Assembly: GCA_029101185.1 (NCBI GenBank)
Contig: JAQXQN010000054.1
Location: forward strand, 1-61,772
DNA from: Eggerthellales bacterium
Lineage (GTDB): Bacteria > Actinomycetota > Coriobacteriia > Coriobacteriales > Eggerthellaceae
Reading direction: 5' to 3'
DNA: 61,772 nt
Numbering within the stretch: position 1 is the stretch's first letter; each line of letters opens with the position of its first letter. A program made the position numbers and the translations under genes. The notes below the pieces were generated by a model. That model was given only the letters and a program-made list of their open reading frames with translations. It had not been told where the DNA came from and made no database searches. Shown here piece after piece: positions 8,760 through 18,103 of this stretch.

Positions 8760-10130
8760 CTACCGGTACGAGAATTGCGACAGGCTGTTGGAGAACGCGG
8801 ATTGGGCAACCGTAGGTTTGCCCTGAATGCCGCACCAGATACGTTGTAAGATCACCCCTAAGGACTGAAGGAATCCAGGGGCGTCAACATCCTCGGTGGC
8901 AATAAGCTCTGAGGTGGCCAGGACCTGCCCGTTTTGGTAGAAGGTGACCGAACCTACTACATCACCGGCCCGTACATCTCCGGTAACAGTGGCGTAGGAA
9001 ATCTCCTGGGACACGTTTCCCGTAAGGGTGAACACCTCCGCGGAGATGTCGGGGTTCTTTACCGTGGCAGGAACCGTTACATCCACCCAGTCCGTATGGG
9101 CTACAAGAGCCACAAGGGGCACGGATTGGCCTGCATAGGTGGTGGAAATGGTGGAGTTGATAAGCCTGACCACTTCGATATTGTCAAACACCCAGTCAAA
9201 GAGGGTGGCGCAGTCGTCGAATCGTGCGTCGGCAGAGGCGGCATCAAGGACCACGGCATAGAATTCAGCCCCGTCCTTATTCACCGCTCCAGCGAAACAG
9301 TATCCCGCTGCATCGGTAGTTCCGGTTTTGACGCCGCAGGCCCCTTCATACTCTTCGAGAAGCTGGTCGGTGGTCTCAAGGTAGAGAGACCTGGTGTAGC
9401 CTTCATTCTCCACCACCACGGAGGTGGAGCCACCGCCAACGATCCTGCGAAAGGTCTCATCCTCCATAGCATAGGCAACCATGATGGCCACATCGTAGGC
9501 ACAAGAGTGGGCATCCGAGGCGAATTCATCAAAGTCAAGGCCACTGGGATTGGTGAAGTAGGTGTTGCTACACCCGAGCCGCTCTGCGGTGTCATTCATC
9601 TCCTGAATGAAGAGGCTGTAGGCGGATTCCGGCGTACCGTCATAACCGGGAAGCATCTGCCCTACGCAATAGGCAATTGCCATGGAGGCGTCATTGCCTG
9701 AAGGAACAAGCATGCAAGCCAGGAAGGTCTCAAGATCGGCGGTATCCCCCACCATCAATCCGGAGGTTGACCCACCTACCAGGGCCTCCTCAGGCACAGT
9801 AAGAAGCTGGTCAAGGTCGCAATGCTCAAGGGCCACAATGGCGGTCATAATCTTGGTCAAAGATGCAATGTGGGCGGGCTCTAGTGCATCACGGGAGAAA
9901 TATACCACCCCGGATGAGGACATGAGGCACACCGACGACCCTGTGATGTCGGGGCACTGACCAGTATCAAGCCCCAGGTCACCTACGGTAGAGGTAAGCA
10001 CGCTATCCGTCTGGCGCACTTCAGCCTGGGCGGAATGAGGGCGCACGCAGATGCACCCCCATACAAGGGCGAGGATGAGGATGAAACGTCCAAGCATATG
10101 GAAGTACTGAGAGGTACGAGAAGGATTCAT
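8760..10130 (-). CDS. dacA: D-alanyl-D-alanine carboxypeptidase (peptidase S11)
   Basis: ASLTKIMTA (SxxK), SGND, KTG motifs; N-terminal signal/TM; start uncertain. Confidence 0.9.
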   Translation of the reverse strand: MNPSRTSQYFHMLGRFILILALVWGCICVRPHSAQAEVRQTDSVLTSTVGDLGLDTGQCPDITGSSVCLMSSSGVVYFSRDALEPAHIASLTKIMTAIVALEHCDLDQLLTVPEEALVGGSTSGLMVGDTADLETFLACMLVPSGNDASMAIAYCVGQMLPGYDGTPESAYSLFIQEMNDTAERLGCSNTYFTNPSGLDFDEFASDAHSCAYDVAIMVAYAMEDETFRRIVGGGSTSVVVENEGYTRSLYLETTDQLLEEYEGACGVKTGTTDAAGYCFAGAVNKDGAEFYAVVLDAASADARFDDCATLFDWVFDNIEVVRLINSTISTTYAGQSVPLVALVAHTDWVDVTVPATVKNPDISAEVFTLTGNVSQEISYATVTGDVRAGDVVGSVTFYQNGQVLATSELIATEDVDAPGFLQSLGVILQRIWCGIQGKPTVAQSAFSNSLSQFSYR

Positions 10131-10251
10131 ATACGCCTTACAACTCAATAATTGATAGACGGATATTTTAACGCCCAAGAAGGCCGGGCGTTTCGAGGTG
10201 TATCAGGTTTATAGGGAAAGCAGAATCTGTAGGGCCTGCGGCAAAGCGTGT

Positions 10252-10911
10252 CTACTGATCGCCTGCAGGAAGTTTGCCTTTTGCGTCAAAAAACTGATAG
10301 GCGCCTTCTTTAAGGTAATAGACCGTGGTGCACAAGGCGATAACAAGGCCAATGTAGACAAACCAGATTCCCCACCCATAGGGGCCATAGGAAAACCCAG
10401 GAAGCCAGGACGCGGAGACAATACCGAGTCCCTGACAGACAGGAACATTAACAATGAGCGCGCAAAAACCGATAAACAGAAAGGTGGTTGCCACCTTGCC
10501 GGGATACACCACGGGTACCCGCCGATTCACGGATAGTTTCAGGAATGCTCCTCCTGCAAGAAGGAGGATATCCCGAATAAAGACGAAGAGAACAATCCAG
10601 AGAGGAAGCCTGCCCACAATAAGCAGACCAATGACTCCAAAGATCATGAGGAACCTGTCAACCGCAGGATCAAGCATCTGTCCGAGCCTGGTTACCGTAT
10701 TGGTGCGCCGGGCAATCTGCCCATCAAGAAAATCCGTTGCCGCCGCTACTCCAAAAATGATTCCAGAAGCCAAATCCTCCCCTTTGAGCAACAGGGTAAA
10801 AGCTATGGGAATGAGGCAAAGCCGAATGAATGAGATAACGTTGGGAATAGTGAAAATCTTCGTAGAGACGTTGGCGTCAATGAAGGGGTCTATGTGCTTT
10901 GAGATATCCAT
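10252..10911 (-). CDS. CDP-alcohol phosphatidyltransferase (PgsA/cardiolipin synthase-like)
   Basis: TIPNVISFIRL and DFLDGQIARRTNTVTRLGQMLDPAVD signature; probable leaderless start at 10911. Confidence 0.92.
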   Translation of the reverse strand: MDISKHIDPFIDANVSTKIFTIPNVISFIRLCLIPIAFTLLLKGEDLASGIIFGVAAATDFLDGQIARRTNTVTRLGQMLDPAVDRFLMIFGVIGLLIVGRLPLWIVLFVFIRDILLLAGGAFLKLSVNRRVPVVYPGKVATTFLFIGFCALIVNVPVCQGLGIVSASWLPGFSYGPYGWGIWFVYIGLVIALCTTVYYLKEGAYQFFDAKGKLPAGDQ

Positions 10912-10927
10912 GAGGGGCATTATAGAC

Positions 10928-10961
10928 CAACCGACGGATGCAAGAGCACATCCGTCGGTTG
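10928..10961. terminator. Perfect 13-bp hairpin downstream of the ech operon
   Basis: CAACCGACGGATG-N8-CATCCGTCGGTTG; no strong U-tract. Confidence 0.6.
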
Positions 10962-11007
10962 ATTACCTAGTTGTTAATCTGCTGCGGATGAATCATGGTT
11001 TTCGGTC

Positions 11008-11346
11008 TTAGGATGCATGGGTAAACACATCCTGGCCCTTTGCGGTGGCCACCGCAGGCCTTTGAGTGCTCATGGTCAGGCAATGCTTGGGGCAATCGGT
11101 GATGCATAATTCGCACTGGACGCAGCTGAACCTGTCAATTGCCCAGGTTTTTTCGGTTTTGTCAACTGTGATGGAGCCAGTAGGGCAGCGCTTCTGGCAG
11201 ATGCCGCAGAGAATGCATTGCTCTATGTCAACTGAGACGCTTCCCTTAAGGTTCTCATACACAGGAGCTTCCTGAAGGGGGTAGAGCACGGTATCCGTGT
11301 TTCTAAACAGGGACTTTAGGGTCATTTTGGACAGTTTCACACCCAT
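11008..11346 (-). CDS. echF: Ech hydrogenase 2x[4Fe-4S] subunit (NuoI-like)
   Basis: CILCGICQKRCP and CVQCELCITDCP. Confidence 0.9.
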   Translation of the reverse strand: MGVKLSKMTLKSLFRNTDTVLYPLQEAPVYENLKGSVSVDIEQCILCGICQKRCPTGSITVDKTEKTWAIDRFSCVQCELCITDCPKHCLTMSTQRPAVATAKGQDVFTHAS

Positions 11347-11350
11347 GGGC

Positions 11351-12439
11351 TTACCTTTCGGTGCAGCTGATGCAAGGATCGATGGTCAAAATGATGTTGG
11401 GCACGTCCGCAAGGTCGCAACCCTCAAGGGCCTTACATAGACCTGCCAGGTTTTGGCTGGTGGGAGTCCTCATGCGCATGCGCTCGAGGTTCTTGGTTCC
11501 GTTGCCAAGGGCGTAGTAATAGCACTCTCCACGGGGCTGTTCAACCAGACTTGAGAACTGTGCACCGTCTTGGGGGGTGAGTTTGGATTTTTGGCCGATG
11601 CCGTCATGGGGAATCTTGCCTACCAGCTCTTTGATAATGTCAACGGACTGGTTCACTTCGGCACAACGAACCTTAACCCGGGCATAGCAGTCTCCTTGGG
11701 TATCGCAGATGGGCTCGAAGGCATCTAGGTCCCCATAGGCGCCCAGTCCCAGGCAGCGCACGTCGTTAGAGTAGCCGGAAGCCCTGCCGAAGGGTCCAAC
11801 CACGGACAGATCAATGCAATCCTGCTTTGTGAGCAGACCCACACCAACAAGGCGGTTTTTAACGGACGCGTCCTTGAGGAATGTGGCCACAATCTGGTCA
11901 TACTCCCGGGTCAGGGAATCAAGGGTATCGCAGATGGACTGCAGCTCCGTATCCTCAATGTCCCGCAGCACGCCGCCAACAATGACGGCAGACATGATGA
12001 CCCGGCCTCCCGTGGTACTCTGGAAGATGTCCAGGATACGCTCCCGCAGGCGCCAGCAGTGCATGAACAAGGACTCAAAGCCAAAGGCGTCAGCCGCAAG
12101 CCCCAGCCACAGCAGGTGGGAGTGGATCCTTGAAAGCTCATGAAGGATGACCCGCAGATACTCGGCTCTCCGAGGAATCTCAATGCCAAGGAGCCCCTCT
12201 ACTGTTTGGGCGTAGCCATAGGAATGGCCGAAGCTACAGATACCGCAAATGCGCTCTGCAACATAAATCATCTGATGATAATCCCGAGTCTCCACCAATT
12301 TCTCAAGCCCGCGGTGGATAAAGCCAATCTGAGGGATGGCCTCAAGTACCTTTTCGTCCTCAACCACCAGGTCAAGATGGAGAGGTTCCGGAAGCACCGG
12401 ATGCTGGGGTCCAAATGGTATGACGGTGGACTTGCCCAT
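11351..12439 (-). CDS. echE: Ech [NiFe]-hydrogenase large subunit (group 4)
   Basis: PFGPQHPVLPEP, L1 ERICGICSFGH, L2 DPCISCTER ending at the C-terminus with no cleavable extension, as in Ech. Confidence 0.93.
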   Translation of the reverse strand: MGKSTVIPFGPQHPVLPEPLHLDLVVEDEKVLEAIPQIGFIHRGLEKLVETRDYHQMIYVAERICGICSFGHSYGYAQTVEGLLGIEIPRRAEYLRVILHELSRIHSHLLWLGLAADAFGFESLFMHCWRLRERILDIFQSTTGGRVIMSAVIVGGVLRDIEDTELQSICDTLDSLTREYDQIVATFLKDASVKNRLVGVGLLTKQDCIDLSVVGPFGRASGYSNDVRCLGLGAYGDLDAFEPICDTQGDCYARVKVRCAEVNQSVDIIKELVGKIPHDGIGQKSKLTPQDGAQFSSLVEQPRGECYYYALGNGTKNLERMRMRTPTSQNLAGLCKALEGCDLADVPNIILTIDPCISCTER

Positions 12440-12441
12440 GG

Positions 12442-13083
12442 CTACTCCTCCCCTTCTGATTCTGCTGCGGGCATCCCCGAGGATTCCTTGATTTTTTCTA
12501 CAGCGGCCTGCTGCTCTTTGGCCTCACGCAGCGCCTTGGCTTCAAGGGCGGCTCTAAACTTTGCGGCCCGAGCAGGGTCCATGGTGGCGATCTTAGCCTC
12601 TATGTCCTCTTCTGTCAGAGTGGTTCTTGTGGAAGCGGGCTCGGGGGCTACCGTCTTTTCCGCAGCAGCTTTTGCCGCCTTGGCGGCTTTTGCGGCGGCA
12701 ATCTTGCGGGCCTTTTCCCTGGCGGCCTTCTGCTCAGGGGAGACGATGGTCATAGGCGTAGGAGCGCTCACGTCGTAAAAGGAGCCCTCAAAATCTATGA
12801 CCATGTCGCTGAATTCCACTCCGAACAGGTCATGACACTCATTCTCAAAGGGAAATGCGGCAAGAAAGACGCCCTGGATAGAAGGGAGCACCTGGTCTTT
12901 TACGCCCCTCACCCGATAGTTGGACAAGGTTTGATCAAGGAGGAAGGAGTAGGTGACGTCAATTCCATCCTCTGTGTTGGTGCCGAAGATTTGCACCATG
13001 CGCTGTCCTTCTTCGCGCATACGGGCGGCAAGCGGGGTCACTTCGTCAATGGAAATGTCCGTGAACGTACTTGACAGGCTCAT
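12442..13083 (-). CDS. echD: Ech subunit D (NuoC-like) with Ala/Lys/Glu-rich C-terminal extension
   Basis: LPSIQGVFLAAFPFENECHDLFGVEF motif; lies between echC and echE. Confidence 0.88.
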   Translation of the reverse strand: MSLSSTFTDISIDEVTPLAARMREEGQRMVQIFGTNTEDGIDVTYSFLLDQTLSNYRVRGVKDQVLPSIQGVFLAAFPFENECHDLFGVEFSDMVIDFEGSFYDVSAPTPMTIVSPEQKAAREKARKIAAAKAAKAAKAAAEKTVAPEPASTRTTLTEEDIEAKIATMDPARAAKFRAALEAKALREAKEQQAAVEKIKESSGMPAAESEGEE

Positions 13084-13520
13084 CGGGATCCTCCCTTCTT
13101 CATTGCCTGGGATTTCTGGTCAAGGATTCCTACCGCCTGCACCACCGCGTCAATGATGGTCTCAGGCCTGCATGCGCAGCCAGGAGCGTACACGTCTACA
13201 GGGATGGCCTTATCTACGCCTCCAAGGACGTTGTAGCAATCGTGGAAGATGCCGCCCGAGCAGGCGCAGGCACCGCAGGCCACCACGACCTTTGGCTCTA
13301 CCATCTGATCGTAGATCTCTTTGACCACGGATATGTTTCGTTCGTTAACCGAACCGGTCACCAGAAAGATATCGGCATGCTTGGGGTTGCCGGTGTTGAT
13401 GACGCCGAAGCGTTCGGCGTCATATTTTGGGGTCAGGGCCGCAAGCACCTCGATGTCACAGCCGTTGCAGCTCGAGGCGTCGTAATGGATGACCCAGGGT
13501 GATTTTGATGCAAAAGCCAT
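13080..13520 (-). CDS. echC: Ech hydrogenase small subunit (NuoB-like)
   Basis: SCNGCDIE, GACACSGGIF, PGCACRPE. Confidence 0.93.
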   Translation of the reverse strand: MAFASKSPWVIHYDASSCNGCDIEVLAALTPKYDAERFGVINTGNPKHADIFLVTGSVNERNISVVKEIYDQMVEPKVVVACGACACSGGIFHDCYNVLGGVDKAIPVDVYAPGCACRPETIIDAVVQAVGILDQKSQAMKKGGSR

Positions 13521-13529
13521 GGATCCCTC

Positions 13530-16379
13530 CTACAGAATAGCGATGATGACGAACATGGCAACCGCGCAGGCCAGAGTCAGGCCCCAGGACCAACGCAGGC
13601 AGCTTTGCCACTTCACGCGGGCAAAATTGTTGTCAATGAATATTTCCAGGACAAAGGCGGCAATGGCGGCCAGCACGGCAACCGCGATGGATGCAGGGTT
13701 TGACCACAGGAAGAACATACCCACCCAACCAAGGAACAGCACGCTTTCCATCCAGTGGGTAATCTCAACCATGGCCAGAGTGGGTCCAGACATCTCCGTG
13801 GTCACACCCTTGACCAGCTCCTGATGAGCGTGATGAGAATAGGACAGGTCAAAGGGGGATTTGCGAAGCTTGATGGTGAGCACGAACATCAGTGCCACAA
13901 AGGCAGGCAGGCCGGCTATCACCAAGGGGGCCTCGGCTTCAAGCAGCTCAAAGAGGTTGAAGGTACCTGCCACACCAAACATGGCAATGGCGCACAGGAG
14001 TACGGCAGGCTCATAGGCCATGACCTGCAGGGTCTCGCGGTCGGCACCCACCTGGGCATAGGGGGACCGGGCGCTGTATGCCGCAAGGATGAAGAAGAGC
14101 GCGGCAATGGTGACCAGGAACACGCACAGCAGGAAGTTGCCACCGGCGAAGAACACGCCACCTGCGATCCACACAAAGATCAGGGAGCTAAAGACATACA
14201 CCGTATCCGCATGATTCACCGACGTGTGACGCTTAGAGAGAAGCTTGCGCACGTCGTAGTAAGGCTGCAGCAGCGGTGGGCCTACTCTGCCCTGCATGCG
14301 GGCAGAAAGCTTACGGTCAATTCCGGCAAGCAGGCAACCAGCAATGGGGCCAAGCAAACCGAAGGCAATAAGGCCCGCACACAACCTCGGTACGCTGATG
14401 GCGTTTGCCTCGAGCGATCCTGCTATGGTCTGGGGGTCAAACATGCCAGGAGCAAGGAAGGACCCAGCAATGCCTACCACCATGATCAGGGCCGCAACGA
14501 TGGTGACAGGTTTGTCCAGGACCTTTTCGCCAAACATATCCTCCAGATAGAGGTTTCTCAACGTGGCCTGGGTGGGCTTAGAGAAGGAGTTTTTGAACAC
14601 CCGAGACGAAGCGTCCAAGGTAGCACCGGAGAGGTAAGGGGCTGCCTTGGGGGACTTGTTGAAGCCAACCACTCCAAAGAGAACCAGCACCACAAACACC
14701 ACCAGCACAGCCATCAGACGCATATCCCCAAAGGTGAGGGGCGCCGAGGCAATGACGTACACGCCCTTGAGGAAGGGATCCACGATGGACATGGACATGA
14801 AGGGCATAAGGATGCAGCAGGCGCAGATGAGTACCGCCATAAGGTTGAGAGACACCCATTCGCTTCTGTGAACCGTACCCTCAATGGACTCCTGATCCTG
14901 AGCGATACCGGCAATCTTGCCCATCCACTTGGCCCAGAACAGGAATGTGGCAGCAGAGCCGAACAAGAGCAACCCAAGTAGCAGGAAGTTGGAGGTTTCC
15001 ACGAAGGATACCAGGGCCGCCCATTTGGCCAGCAGCATGCCAAAGGGTGCGATGAACATGCACAGCATGCCAAGCATCATGAGACGAGCCAACTTGGGCA
15101 TACGCTCAAAGAGCAGATCCATGTCCTCGATATCGCGAGACCCGATGTGATGCTCCGCGGTACCCACGCACAGGAAGAGCAGGGATTTAGCAACGGCATG
15201 GAAGATGAGTAGGAAAATACCGGCCCACAAAGCCTCGGGGGTACCCACGCCGGCGCAGGCGGTGATCAGGCCCAGGTTTGCAATGGTGGAATAAGCCAGC
15301 ACCCGTTTGGCGTTGGTCTGGGAGATGGCAAGCAGGGAGGCGGCCAGGAAGGTAACGCCACCTATGATGATGACCATCCACTGGGCAAAGGGGAAGGCCA
15401 AAAATGCGGGAGCCAGCCTGATGAGCAGGTATACACCCGCCTTGACCATGGTTGAGGAGTGAAGCAGGGCACTTGTGGGGGTTGGAGCCACCATGGCCCC
15501 AAGCAGCCAGGTGTGGAAGGGCATCTGGGCCGCCTTGGTCATGGCGGCGAAGGCCAGTAGTGCCACAGGCAGACCGAGGACCAGCAGTCCGGAGGCGGCA
15601 CTAGTAACAAAATCCGACAGCAGGGCGGGTTGCCCGTATGCCAAGGTGAGCATGATGGCAATCTGGAAGGCAATGCCACCAAGCATGTTCATGACAATCT
15701 GGCGGAATGCGTTGTTGATGGCTTCTTGCGTCTTGCTAAACCCGATGAGCAGGAAGGAGCACAGGGTGGTCACTTCCCAGGCAGTGTAGATCCAGTTAAG
15801 GTTATCCGCCAATACAAGATTGAACATGGCGGAGAGGAAGACAAACATCAGCGCGAAGAACCATGGCCGTCTATCAGGCTGATCAGGATGGTGGTTCTGG
15901 AAGTCCTTCATATAGCCAAGGGCGTACACGCAGATGCCCGAACCAATGATGCCAATAACAAGCACCATAATGATGCTGAGGCCGTCAACATGCATTTGGC
16001 TTGAGAAGGTGTGGCCGGAGCCGGTGGTCCCTTCGATAATGACCAGAAGTACTAGCTGCACCACAGCCATTGCCAAGGCCAGCCAGCGCTTGTACTTAAC
16101 AGCATAGCAGATGATAAAGGCGGCAACGGCCAAATCAATTATCAGGGCTGCAGCGGAAAGGAAACCCGACCAGGAAATAGGCAGGGAGAAGAATACACTG
16201 CCCTGGCCAAGCATGTGAGCGGAGAAAAGCACGGATAGGGCTCCGATAGCTACGGCAAAACCGATGCACAACGCATCGCGAACGCCATCCCGCTTTGCAA
16301 GCAGCATGCCCACCGCCGCGAAGGCGGGAACCAAGATCAGGGATACGATGAGCGAGACACTGTATGACTCCATCATCAT
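13530..16379 (-). CDS. echAB: Fused EchA (NuoL/MrpA-like) and EchB (NuoH-like) membrane subunit
   Basis: N-terminal about 640 aa: WEVTTLCSFLLIG, TKAAQMPFHTWLLGAMVAPTPTSALLHSSTMVKAGVY, KRVLAYSTIANLG. C-terminal about 280 aa: DRKLSARMQGRVGPPLLQPYYD, KLRKSPFD, IDNNFARVKW. One open frame. Confidence 0.92.
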   Translation of the reverse strand: MMMESYSVSLIVSLILVPAFAAVGMLLAKRDGVRDALCIGFAVAIGALSVLFSAHMLGQGSVFFSLPISWSGFLSAAALIIDLAVAAFIICYAVKYKRWLALAMAVVQLVLLVIIEGTTGSGHTFSSQMHVDGLSIIMVLVIGIIGSGICVYALGYMKDFQNHHPDQPDRRPWFFALMFVFLSAMFNLVLADNLNWIYTAWEVTTLCSFLLIGFSKTQEAINNAFRQIVMNMLGGIAFQIAIMLTLAYGQPALLSDFVTSAASGLLVLGLPVALLAFAAMTKAAQMPFHTWLLGAMVAPTPTSALLHSSTMVKAGVYLLIRLAPAFLAFPFAQWMVIIIGGVTFLAASLLAISQTNAKRVLAYSTIANLGLITACAGVGTPEALWAGIFLLIFHAVAKSLLFLCVGTAEHHIGSRDIEDMDLLFERMPKLARLMMLGMLCMFIAPFGMLLAKWAALVSFVETSNFLLLGLLLFGSAATFLFWAKWMGKIAGIAQDQESIEGTVHRSEWVSLNLMAVLICACCILMPFMSMSIVDPFLKGVYVIASAPLTFGDMRLMAVLVVFVVLVLFGVVGFNKSPKAAPYLSGATLDASSRVFKNSFSKPTQATLRNLYLEDMFGEKVLDKPVTIVAALIMVVGIAGSFLAPGMFDPQTIAGSLEANAISVPRLCAGLIAFGLLGPIAGCLLAGIDRKLSARMQGRVGPPLLQPYYDVRKLLSKRHTSVNHADTVYVFSSLIFVWIAGGVFFAGGNFLLCVFLVTIAALFFILAAYSARSPYAQVGADRETLQVMAYEPAVLLCAIAMFGVAGTFNLFELLEAEAPLVIAGLPAFVALMFVLTIKLRKSPFDLSYSHHAHQELVKGVTTEMSGPTLAMVEITHWMESVLFLGWVGMFFLWSNPASIAVAVLAAIAAFVLEIFIDNNFARVKWQSCLRWSWGLTLACAVAMFVIIAIL

Positions 16380-16436
16380 CTCCTCTCAAACAGGGCCGAA
16401 AAACTACGCCGCACCGTATGGGTGCAGCGTGAAGGT

Positions 16437-16445
16437 AGTATAGCA
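16437..16445 (-). promoter_or_regulatory. Extended -10 promoter of the ech operon
   Basis: TGC-TATACT on the minus strand about 60 bp upstream of echA. Confidence 0.6.
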
Positions 16446-16484
16446 GGTTATCAAAATGCTACTGAAAAGGTATCTAATGGGCTT

Positions 16485-16518
16485 TGCACCCTTCGGTAAA
16501 CGGAGGACGAAGGGTGTA
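16485..16518 (-). terminator. Hairpin downstream of the glycosyltransferase gene
   Basis: CACCCTTCG...CGAAGGGTG inverted repeat about 10 bp after the stop. Confidence 0.55.
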
Positions 16519-16528
16519 ATCCGCCGTA

Positions 16529-17905
16529 TTAGCGACGGTGAGCAGGCCTATGCCCCAGATACAGCTTCATGAAATGCCGTTTGGGCTGGTAGTCATTGCC
16601 CACCAGATCCAAGGTGCACTGGGCAATGTCTGCCGCGGCGTTGGGCCGTCGAAGGGCATCGCCGTTAACCCTCATGGCTGCAAGGGCCTCAGGGTGATCT
16701 GAAAGATGCTTCACGGCGCCATAGAGCTCACGGGCGGTGGTCACGTGCAGGGAGATGCCAAGAGAGGTGAGCATTCTTGAATTGACCCGCTCCTGTCCGT
16801 AGGTGCGTCCAAGAAGCACCATGGGAAGCCGAGCGCACAGGCATTCGGTTACCGTCAGGCCGCCGGCCTTGCAAATGGCAAAATCGCAAGCGGACATAAG
16901 CCGGGGCATCTCGGTGACGTAATCAAGAATGGTGGCATTGCTGACCTGGTGTATTTGCACCAGCTGCTCAAGATGGTTGCGGTATTCCTGGTCCTTGCCC
17001 GGCAGGAACACAAAATGAAGCGTGTCCTTAAACCGCTTTATATAGGGAAAGAATTCGTCAATGGTTTGCCTGAAGCGCACATAGGGCTGCTTGAGGTGGG
17101 CGCCAGACATAATAAGCACCACGCGCATGGATGTTGGCAGTCCAAAATGCGCCCGAGATTCCAGGGGATCAAAGCTTCGTTCGTAGCCCCCTCGAACCGG
17201 GATGCCGGTGATAGCGATACGCTCCTCCTCCACCTTACGGTTGCGCAGGGTTTCTGCCATGGTCTCATTGGCCACGCAGAACAGATCCGCATCCGTATGG
17301 GGCCAAAGCCCTTCCACCTCATAATCCGTGGGAACACACACCACGGGATATTTCTGGTTATTCAGGGTACGGGCGCACGACACGCAATTGGCGGCAACGA
17401 TATGGGTGGCAACCGCCGCGATGGGATCTACCTTTGACAGGTAATCGGTAAAGGGCTTGAACATCAGCCGCGACCAGATAGTGCCACCGCCCCATAGCAC
17501 CACACCGGTAAAACCGTACCGCCAGGAATAATCGTAAAACACCCTGGTAGGACCCGTGAAGGCACTCGCGGTGCGATCCCCGTTGAACTTAATGAAGCCG
17601 AAATCGAGAATGTCCACAAGACGAATCTCGCAATCCTGGGGAATCCTCCCATCACCCGAAGCTTTAAGGTTTTGTAAGGCCTCTTGTATGGCGAAGGCTG
17701 CAGACTTGTGGCCTGAACCCACGGAAGCATGGACAACCAAAATGACCGGGGGCTTGTCTTGCTCCCGCTTGAACTTACTCAATGCAGCATTGAGGGCCTC
17801 GGAGGCCTTATGGGCCGTGGCCTCAAGAGCAGGCCTGCTCAAGGGTCCCCCAGGAAGATGGCCATGAGAGATAGAAGCGGTGGTATGTAGAACGCGAGAA
17901 TCCAT
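16529..17905 (-). CDS. MGDG synthase / UgtP-like diacylglycerol glycosyltransferase (GT28)
   Basis: HASVGSGHKSAA, VPTDY, TGIPVR, KAGGLTVTE, GQERVN motifs; probable leaderless ATG at 17905. Confidence 0.88.
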   Translation of the reverse strand: MDSRVLHTTASISHGHLPGGPLSRPALEATAHKASEALNAALSKFKREQDKPPVILVVHASVGSGHKSAAFAIQEALQNLKASGDGRIPQDCEIRLVDILDFGFIKFNGDRTASAFTGPTRVFYDYSWRYGFTGVVLWGGGTIWSRLMFKPFTDYLSKVDPIAAVATHIVAANCVSCARTLNNQKYPVVCVPTDYEVEGLWPHTDADLFCVANETMAETLRNRKVEEERIAITGIPVRGGYERSFDPLESRAHFGLPTSMRVVLIMSGAHLKQPYVRFRQTIDEFFPYIKRFKDTLHFVFLPGKDQEYRNHLEQLVQIHQVSNATILDYVTEMPRLMSACDFAICKAGGLTVTECLCARLPMVLLGRTYGQERVNSRMLTSLGISLHVTTARELYGAVKHLSDHPEALAAMRVNGDALRRPNAAADIAQCTLDLVGNDYQPKRHFMKLYLGHRPAHRR

Positions 17906-18103
17906 GGCAGGCACTATAGGCATACCCAGGTAAAACGAAAAGCCAGTTTATGAAAACCCCCCAATTCCCAACCATATTGTTATTTGACTGAATACCAGGC
18001 AATCCTTCCCGCCCTCACCTCCACCATGCATCCTGCAAGGTACAATGAAGCGTTACAAAAACCTGAAAAATGCTATCTTCCCAGTTCAGATAGGATTATT
18101 GGT

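Noticed and set aside
11351-12439. Selenocysteine or other recoding in the hydrogenase or IOR genes
   Set aside because: All metal-binding motifs use Cys in open frames; no in-frame TGA/TAG or frameshift is needed.
11008-16379. Respiratory complex I (nuo) operon
   Set aside because: No NuoA/J/K/M/N/E/F/G genes; the large subunit retains both Ni-binding CxxC motifs and the gene order is ech-like.
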